Shown here in pieces: positions 57,720 through 63,429 of a stretch of DNA of 63,429 nucleotides. Made by a program: the position numbers and the translations under genes. This DNA comes from Candidatus Woesearchaeota archaeon (lineage in GTDB: Archaea > Nanobdellota > Nanobdellia > Woesearchaeales > JAGVZT01): contig JBDRLT010000015.1 in NCBI GenBank assembly GCA_043812815.1, positions 1 through 63,429 of the forward strand, read 5' to 3'. The notes below the pieces were generated by a model that saw only the letters and a program-made list of their open reading frames with translations, had not been told where the DNA came from and made no database searches. Each line of letters starts with the position of its first letter. Positions within the stretch are counted from its first letter, which is position 1.

Positions 57720-59018
57720 TCACGCTTCTCTGAGATAACCCCAAACATGGAGCTTGTCGCTATCCTCGAACCAGCGTTCGCCAATGTCTTTTCTGTAGTA
57801 CATATGGGGGATAATTATCTGTCCAATTCTCTTGTACGCCTGGTCGATTGCCTGCCGCATGGTTGAGTCAGCACCTACTATTACCAGCACAATTCCTGAT
57901 TTTCCAGTCACAACCCAATTGCTATTCACCAGCTTGACATCCTCAATGTGGACTCCGCCGATGCTTTCATAGGGCTTGTCAAAGTACACAAGTGAGTCTT
58001 TTGATTTCACTTCAAAGGTTTCCTTGTCATTGAAGGGGAATGGGGGAACGACAATCCTGACTCCTACTTGGAAGCCTGACCTTGTGCGAAGCTTTGGGGT
58101 GTTGCCTATTGCGAGTTCGTACAGGAACTCGCCAAGCGGGTTGAGAATTGCCTCTTGCTGGATATGGATTGTGGGATAGCCAAATCTTGAGGTCCACTCC
58201 AGCGGATAGATACCATGACCATTAACAATACAATTGATGTCAATGTAGCCAACATAGTGCTCTTCTGCGAGCTTTGTTTCCATTTTCTTCAAAGTGAGGT
58301 TGAACAGCTTGTTGGGTCCGCTCCAGAACATAGAAGTGCCCATCTCGCCTGTTGATGGTCCAAGGTTGCCTGGGAAGAGTTTCTTGTGCTCGAAGTTGAC
58401 GTTCAATGGGTAGATAAACTGCTTGCCATTGAAGAATCCTCCCACTGCAATTTCCACACCATTAACCCTTTTTTGCAGCTGGAAGCTGGGGATTTTCTTT
58501 GCCCATGCCTGGTTGTAGTCATTGAGCACTTGGATAACATCTCTGCCTTCGTCATCTTCTCCTATAAAGAGGAGCCCTTTCATGTTGGCTGCCTCGCCGC
58601 TTGGCTTGATAACATATTTGCCTGGGTTTGCGCGTACAAATTCAATGGCTTTTTCAAAGGAGTTGAATTCTGCGTAAGGCAGGATTGGTATGCCTGCTTT
58701 TTTGAGTTCCTCCTGGCCAAAGGCTCTGTCATCTTCCAGCAGGTCTGTGTAAGGCGTGCCTCCGACTACTGCTTTACCCTGGTCGCGCAGCTCTTTTGCC
58801 CATTTTCCATGGCCGAGCACGTCATCAAATACTATCACATCTGCCCAGTCTACCTCTGCACGCCAGTCATCCACTTTGGGTACAAAGCCGTCTGCTACTT
58901 CCTTATACTCTTTGTTGTCTATGTAATATTTCGCTTGGTGCCCCTCTTTGAGTATGTGCCATGCTACATCACTGATCAGGCCATCATACGAGACAAAGAG
59001 AAATTTTTTTGGTTCCAT
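57720..59018 (-). CDS. PurD-like ATP-grasp ligase
   Basis: Domain order and motifs (YVIKPSGEAANMKG, EIAVGGFF, INCIV...EWTSRFGYP) resemble glycinamide ribonucleotide synthetase-like ATP-grasp enzymes. Confidence 0.7.
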   Translation of the reverse strand: MEPKKFLFVSYDGLISDVAWHILKEGHQAKYYIDNKEYKEVADGFVPKVDDWRAEVDWADVIVFDDVLGHGKWAKELRDQGKAVVGGTPYTDLLEDDRAFGQEELKKAGIPILPYAEFNSFEKAIEFVRANPGKYVIKPSGEAANMKGLLFIGEDDEGRDVIQVLNDYNQAWAKKIPSFQLQKRVNGVEIAVGGFFNGKQFIYPLNVNFEHKKLFPGNLGPSTGEMGTSMFWSGPNKLFNLTLKKMETKLAEEHYVGYIDINCIVNGHGIYPLEWTSRFGYPTIHIQQEAILNPLGEFLYELAIGNTPKLRTRSGFQVGVRIVVPPFPFNDKETFEVKSKDSLVYFDKPYESIGGVHIEDVKLVNSNWVVTGKSGIVLVIVGADSTMRQAIDQAYKRIGQIIIPHMYYRKDIGERWFEDSDKLHVWGYLREA

Positions 59019-59352
59019 TAGTTCACCTCTTGGTTTGAAATTTAGAAAAAGGATATGCCCCCTTGATCAAATTAATCCCCGCATTTATGTTTAGAATGAT
59101 GCACTTATTTAAAAATTTTTTCTGTTTGGAATCATCTGCCTAGCAGGAGAATGAAAAAATTGGTTGTTTAACTAATGTATGACCAAAGTAAAGTTGTTCT
59201 GCAAGGATTTAGACTCCTGTCTGGGAGATGAGGAATTGCCCCAAAGTATGTATTTGAATATTTCCGAGTTTCTAAAAGTGTAGCTTAAATGTCCGGAAAT
59301 TTTATATAAGGGCAGGTATTACTTATACTAAAAGAAGTGACTTCTGGGAAAA

Positions 59353-59967
59353 ATGATTATTGATGATAGAATCGAAGCATTGGCTGGTAAGCTCGTTACT
59401 AGTTTGGATCCTCAAGAGAGGACGGATTGGTTAGAGATTGGAGGAGTCCAGTTTAGGGTTGAGTACAGAAGATGGGTTGATAGTAGGTTAGGAATACCTT
59501 TAGTGGGTAATAGAATTGGGTTGTATCTTGAAAAGGATTTTGTGGGATTTTCACATTTCCGGGGCCCGGAATATTGTAATATTGGTACTGAAACAAATTT
59601 GGCTGAGGTATTGGGAGATAATGTCGATTTTGTGCTTTCAGAGGCGTGCATAGCTTTGGATAAGCGTGACTTGGAGGCAATGGATATATCAGATAAGTTA
59701 TATGCTTTTTTCGTCGCCCAAAGCTTTAGAAATAGCGCAGGTAATTATTCGGGGATTGCCACAAACCTGTTTGGATTAAGACTTGCTATTGCCAATAAGT
59801 TATATAGTTACATGTTAACATCTGTCCCACATATTTCCTGCTCTGTTTGGATAGATGCCGATGCTGTGCCATTTTTTGTTAGAAATGGTGTGACAATGCT
59901 CGATGATCCTGAGTGTTATGTGGGGTATGTAATGTTGAAGCCCCAGGTTGATGAATCAGTCTTGTGA
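59353..59967 (+). CDS. hypothetical protein (ORFan)
   Basis: 204 aa. TTTATATA at 59301-59308 upstream. No motif recognised. Confidence 0.5.
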   Translation: MIIDDRIEALAGKLVTSLDPQERTDWLEIGGVQFRVEYRRWVDSRLGIPLVGNRIGLYLEKDFVGFSHFRGPEYCNIGTETNLAEVLGDNVDFVLSEACIALDKRDLEAMDISDKLYAFFVAQSFRNSAGNYSGIATNLFGLRLAIANKLYSYMLTSVPHISCSVWIDADAVPFFVRNGVTMLDDPECYVGYVMLKPQVDESVL

Positions 59968-60195
59968 CGCTCTTTTAAGTTCAACAAGATCCTCAAATGC
60001 TTCTGTAGCTTCTTGAAGAAAGGATGCCCAGCCTAATTCGCAGGCCTGAGTATAAATTGCAGTTCTATAGCCCGCTGCTCTTAATTGCTGGAAAACAGAA
60101 TCAATACAGAGTGGACCATGGGCACCACAAAGCCAATAGAACCTATCTTGCGGTAATTGATCATATGGTATAGCTTTAATATCCTCAATAGCCAT
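59956..60195 (-). CDS. small hypothetical protein
   Basis: 79 aa. No alternative start upstream before an in-frame TAA. Convergent 12-nt overlap with the 59353 gene. Confidence 0.4.
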   Translation of the reverse strand: MAIEDIKAIPYDQLPQDRFYWLCGAHGPLCIDSVFQQLRAAGYRTAIYTQACELGWASFLQEATEAFEDLVELKRASQD

Positions 60196-60308
60196 CCAGT
60201 CCTTGTTTGCCTTAATTTGTTCTATAGCAACTTTAACGCTCGGGGTGCGGACACTTGCTTCGTGGATGATCAGATACAGAGGATTAAGTAGCGAATTTAC
60301 ATGAGTAT

Positions 60309-60695
60309 TTAGGTTTTGCTGTCTAAAAAATGATGCTTGGTTGCCTTGTAGAAGTCTGCTGGACTTACTATTTCCATTGCTTTGAGTTCCATCGGGCAGA
60401 TTGCCTTTTTGTCAAGTGTGAGGATATTTTGGACAACAAGTTTTGTTTTAATGCCTATATTGTGTATTTTTAAAAAGTCAAGGGCTGGTTGGGAGCAGAC
60501 TTCGGTTGTTACTTCAGAGATTGCTTGGCTGTATACAATTAGTTTGGCTGCTGCCAAGCCGACAACTTTGTCATAGAGCTGTGCGTTTTGAAGTTTATCT
60601 GTGTATTTTTGTGTTAGTTGATATAGTGATCTTAGGCCTTGGAGGTTTGAGGAGAAGATTGTTTGATTATTGTGGGTTAGGATTAGTGTTGGCAT
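60309..60695 (-). CDS. DUF1893 (TM1506-like) protein
   Basis: YDKVVGLAAAKLIV and CPMELK-type segments resemble the family, by eye only. The ATG lies 1 nt after the Nudix stop. Confidence 0.5.
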   Translation of the reverse strand: MPTLILTHNNQTIFSSNLQGLRSLYQLTQKYTDKLQNAQLYDKVVGLAAAKLIVYSQAISEVTTEVCSQPALDFLKIHNIGIKTKLVVQNILTLDKKAICPMELKAMEIVSPADFYKATKHHFLDSKT

Positions 60696-60696
60696 T

Positions 60697-61194
60697 TTAT
60701 GGGGTTGCTCTTGATATACTAAATTCTACTACTCTTTGGGTGCCTTTGTAAAGGATGTCAGCAATTATTTGTTCGCCTCTGAGGATTTCTGGAAGCCAGC
60801 ATACTGCGTCTTCCCACATGCGGTCGTAGGGGATTATATCAAAGGCAAACCACTGCGGGGCCATTTCTGCTGACTTGCGGGTTTGGCCTTGCCATCCTGT
60901 TACAATAAAGCAGTGGGTTTCCTGGTTCCATTCTGGCTTGTCAGGAAAGTAGAAGTTGATGATTGCCACTTTTTTATAAGTGGTGGGGGTAATACCAATT
61001 TCTTCCTGGGTTTCTCTGATAGCTGCCTGTTCTACTGTTTCTCCAGGTTCAAGTTTTCCACCAACACCAGTGTAATAGCCTTGGCCAAAGCCCTTGAGTT
61101 TTTGGGCTAGAAGCACTTTCTTATCTCTTATGAGAATGCACAAAGAGCGTTTGGATATTTGCGGCTGAGTGTTTTTGTATTGCTGCAGGTTCAT
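60697..61194 (-). CDS. MutT-type Nudix hydrolase
   Basis: GVGGKLEPGETVEQAAIRETQEEIGI Nudix box; 165 aa. Confidence 0.88.
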   Translation of the reverse strand: MNLQQYKNTQPQISKRSLCILIRDKKVLLAQKLKGFGQGYYTGVGGKLEPGETVEQAAIRETQEEIGITPTTYKKVAIINFYFPDKPEWNQETHCFIVTGWQGQTRKSAEMAPQWFAFDIIPYDRMWEDAVCWLPEILRGEQIIADILYKGTQRVVEFSISRATP

Positions 61195-61240
61195 TTGGGT
61201 TTGGTTTGGTGGGAGATATTAAAATATTTTGGGCATAATG

Positions 61241-61248
61241 TTTATAAT
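61241..61248 (+). promoter_or_regulatory. TATA box for the C/D-box sRNA candidate
   Basis: TTTATAAT, about 22 nt upstream of the predicted sRNA 5' end. Confidence 0.45.
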
Positions 61249-61269
61249 CTTGAGATATTTGAGGATTTA

Positions 61270-61328
61270 TGCCTGTGATGAGGTTATCCCCGACTGACAC
61301 AATATGATGCCTGGAATGCTCTGAGGCA
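61270..61328 (+). ncRNA. C/D-box sRNA candidate
   Basis: tgcc-GTGATGA(C)-12 nt-CTGA(D')-7 nt-TGATGC(C')-10 nt-CTGA(D)-ggca, with complementary termini. The D' guide matches 10 nt of the 23S CGGGGATAAC (14399-14408). Confidence 0.55.
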
Positions 61329-61396
61329 CACCAAATGCCTATTGCCCAAGCAGCAAATCCCTAAGTTTAATAAGGCGATTAGGATTCTTGTAAGGG

Positions 61397-63277
61397 ATGG
61401 TTAAGACACCATTTATGCTTTTAGAGGAGAAAATTCATCAATTTTGGGATGAAGACCTGTTTGTGTGTGCAGCGGAGGATGAGCAGGGGAATCCTCTTAA
61501 GTTTTATAAAATAAAATATGGTGAGTTCTGGGAGGATGTGCAGGCTCTTGCAGCAGCTTTAATCGAGTTGAAGTTGGATGTGGGGGATGTTGTTTATTCT
61601 ACTATTAAACAGAAGGTGCCTGACCTGCATAAAAGCCTGATGCTTGATTTTACATTAGCCGCTGCCGGTGCGATATATGTGCCTGCTGAAGAGAAGCAAA
61701 GCCGGATGCATGAGATAGCAACATTAACTCAAGAGACTAAACCAAGGTTTGTGTTTGTCGAGGATGCAGATGCTATGACTATGCTTGAGGGAGAATGTGA
61801 TAGTGCGGCTAGAGTAACGTTGGAGAAAATTATTGTTATGGAACCTGGTGAACACCATGTGCATAGTGTTGATCCTGAGGCTAGGGTGCAGTCATTTGAG
61901 GCTCTTGTTAATTACGGGAAGGGACTGCTTGCCAAGGACCCAGATATTATTGCCAGAAGACAGGAAGTGATAAGGAAAGAGGGCAGTGAGATTAATAGCA
62001 TTATTTATACGCTAAATGGGGTTGCCCCTGCTGATAAAAAATTTCCCGGGCTTGGGGTTATCACAGAGCATGCCAGCGTGGTTAAGATGATGAGCAGTTA
62101 TGGTGATTTGGTTGGTATTGAACCAGGGGATGCTGTGTGGCCTGGAGTTCCTGACAACCATGCTTTTGGGAGGGTTGTGGGTTCGACTGTGATTTTGAAT
62201 GGGGGTATGTTTCTTAACGGCAGCAAGTCATCCCATTTTAAGGACATGGAAGAGTTGAAAGGGAGAAAGCTGTATCTGGCTGGCGTTCCTTTTATCTGGG
62301 ATTTGTTTGCGCGTGGGTTTGGGCGTAGGATCCTTGATTTGGGCAGCAGTTATATTCAAAGAAGAGATTATCTTGATCATAGACTGATGGAATCTGGGCA
62401 GGCAGCACCTAGGAATAAGCTGACTGCAATTGTTTTGGCTTTGTTTGATGAGTTTGCGGTTAAGAGTGTTATGAAGAGGGTTAAGAGAAAAATTTGGGAG
62501 GGAGAGGTTGCAATTGTTAGTGGAGGAGCGCCACATAATGTTGAGGTTGTTGATACTTTAAGAGCGGTTTTCGGCAAGGACAGTTATTATGAGGCTTTTG
62601 GGACTACTGCATGCACTGGTGTTACTTTGAATAAACCCTTTAATTATATTAGCGGAACTGTGGGTACAGCTATTGAGGGGATGGAGGTTTTGGTGGGAGA
62701 GCTAACCGCTAATGGTATTAAGGTTTCTGGAGAGGGTGTTGAAGGAGAGATTTTTATGAGCGGCGATTGTATGAGTCCTGGGTATTGGCAGGATGATCGG
62801 GCAACTCAGTATTCAATTATTGAGCATGCGGGCAGGAAATGGTGGAGAACTGGCGATTATGGGAGAATGCGGGGAGAACATTTGATTTTTGGAGCTCCGC
62901 AGCATATTATTGTTTGTGCTGACGGCAAGAACCGCGATCCCAGGTGGCTTGAAGATGAGGTTAAGAGAGAATTTAGTTTGGATTATGCAATTTGTGTAGG
63001 TCAGGGCAGGTGGACTATGGGTTTGATTTGTGGGATAAAGGATCTTGATGAAAACAGTTTTCTAGGAAAGATTAGGATAAAGAAGCTAAAAATAGATATT
63101 AAGAGACATTTGAAAAAATTAAGAGCACAGATGGATCCTTACCGCGTTCCAAGAAATGTATGGCTGGTTGGCGCTGAGGAAAGGGAAGGAGTTAGGGAAT
63201 TTGGGCCTTTGGGAGAGAGGTATAACTATGCCCGGGTTCATGAATTGTATCCAGATGTTATTGCTAGGTTGTATTGA
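61397..63277 (+). CDS. ANL-superfamily AMP-dependent synthetase/ligase with degenerate P-loop
   Basis: YEAFGTTACTG (A5-like), WWRTGDYG (A7-like) and GEIFMSGDCMSPGYW. The A3 position reads YTLNGVAP rather than TSGTTG. Confidence 0.7.
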   Translation: MVKTPFMLLEEKIHQFWDEDLFVCAAEDEQGNPLKFYKIKYGEFWEDVQALAAALIELKLDVGDVVYSTIKQKVPDLHKSLMLDFTLAAAGAIYVPAEEKQSRMHEIATLTQETKPRFVFVEDADAMTMLEGECDSAARVTLEKIIVMEPGEHHVHSVDPEARVQSFEALVNYGKGLLAKDPDIIARRQEVIRKEGSEINSIIYTLNGVAPADKKFPGLGVITEHASVVKMMSSYGDLVGIEPGDAVWPGVPDNHAFGRVVGSTVILNGGMFLNGSKSSHFKDMEELKGRKLYLAGVPFIWDLFARGFGRRILDLGSSYIQRRDYLDHRLMESGQAAPRNKLTAIVLALFDEFAVKSVMKRVKRKIWEGEVAIVSGGAPHNVEVVDTLRAVFGKDSYYEAFGTTACTGVTLNKPFNYISGTVGTAIEGMEVLVGELTANGIKVSGEGVEGEIFMSGDCMSPGYWQDDRATQYSIIEHAGRKWWRTGDYGRMRGEHLIFGAPQHIIVCADGKNRDPRWLEDEVKREFSLDYAICVGQGRWTMGLICGIKDLDENSFLGKIRIKKLKIDIKRHLKKLRAQMDPYRVPRNVWLVGAEEREGVREFGPLGERYNYARVHELYPDVIARLY

Positions 63278-63352
63278 AGGATTTGGCAAAATGTTTAAAT
63301 ATTGTTCTTGGTTACTTGTTGAAAAGAAGTGATTTCTGTACGAGGTTTAATA

Positions 63353-63429
63353 ATGGAGATTCAATATATTGTTGATGCAGATACTGATTTTAATGATTGT
63401 GTAGAAGCAACTGTGGGTATTGAGAGGTT
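63353..63429 (+). CDS. 5' end of a gene running off the window
   Basis: The ATG at 63353 has a TTTAAATA box (63295-63302) about 50 nt upstream and begins MEIQYIVDADTDFNDC... The frame is open to the window edge. Confidence 0.3.
   Translation, partial: MEIQYIVDADTDFNDCVEATVGIER

Overview
This 63.4 kb segment is archaeal. Gene content suggests a small-genome, DPANN-like lineage, which is an inference. Archaeal markers are aRF1, aIF1A, aIF6, L15e, NMD3, TYW1, Pth2 and DTD2. Bacterial-type genes sit among them (LspA, a short AlaRS, an ECF-sigma-like protein), and many ORFs have no recognisable family. The window holds one 16S - tRNA-Ala - 23S operon with no 5S, five more tRNAs, about 75 protein genes, one C/D-box sRNA candidate and many TTTAWATA boxes 22-25 nt upstream of ATG codons, implying leaderless mRNAs. 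The main candidate for an undescribed system is at about 15.4-23.6 kb: two divergent, translationally coupled operons of ORFans encoding secreted, membrane and coiled-coil proteins around a classic-clade AAA+ ATPase. Other notable points:
- All six tRNAs carry an intron at T-loop position 59/60, for 10 introns in total; the tRNA-Ile(UAU) has three.
- An 86-nt mini-intron interrupts the universal GGATTAGATACCC site of the 16S.
- A 31-nt hairpin is inserted in 23S domain V.
- A lineage-specific tandem paralog pair has glycine-zipper membrane segments and Cys/His tails.
- An ECF-sigma-like gene physically overlaps TYW1.
- A minimal E1 / ubiquitin-like gene pair has a previously uncalled zinc-ribbon gene downstream with its own promoter.
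- A 260-nt array of five hairpins lies between two genes.
- An imperfect 166-bp tandem repeat sits where a 5S gene would be expected.
- Several reading frames are interrupted by TAG codons or a frameshift.
All functional calls come from motif recognition by eye; no database search was run.
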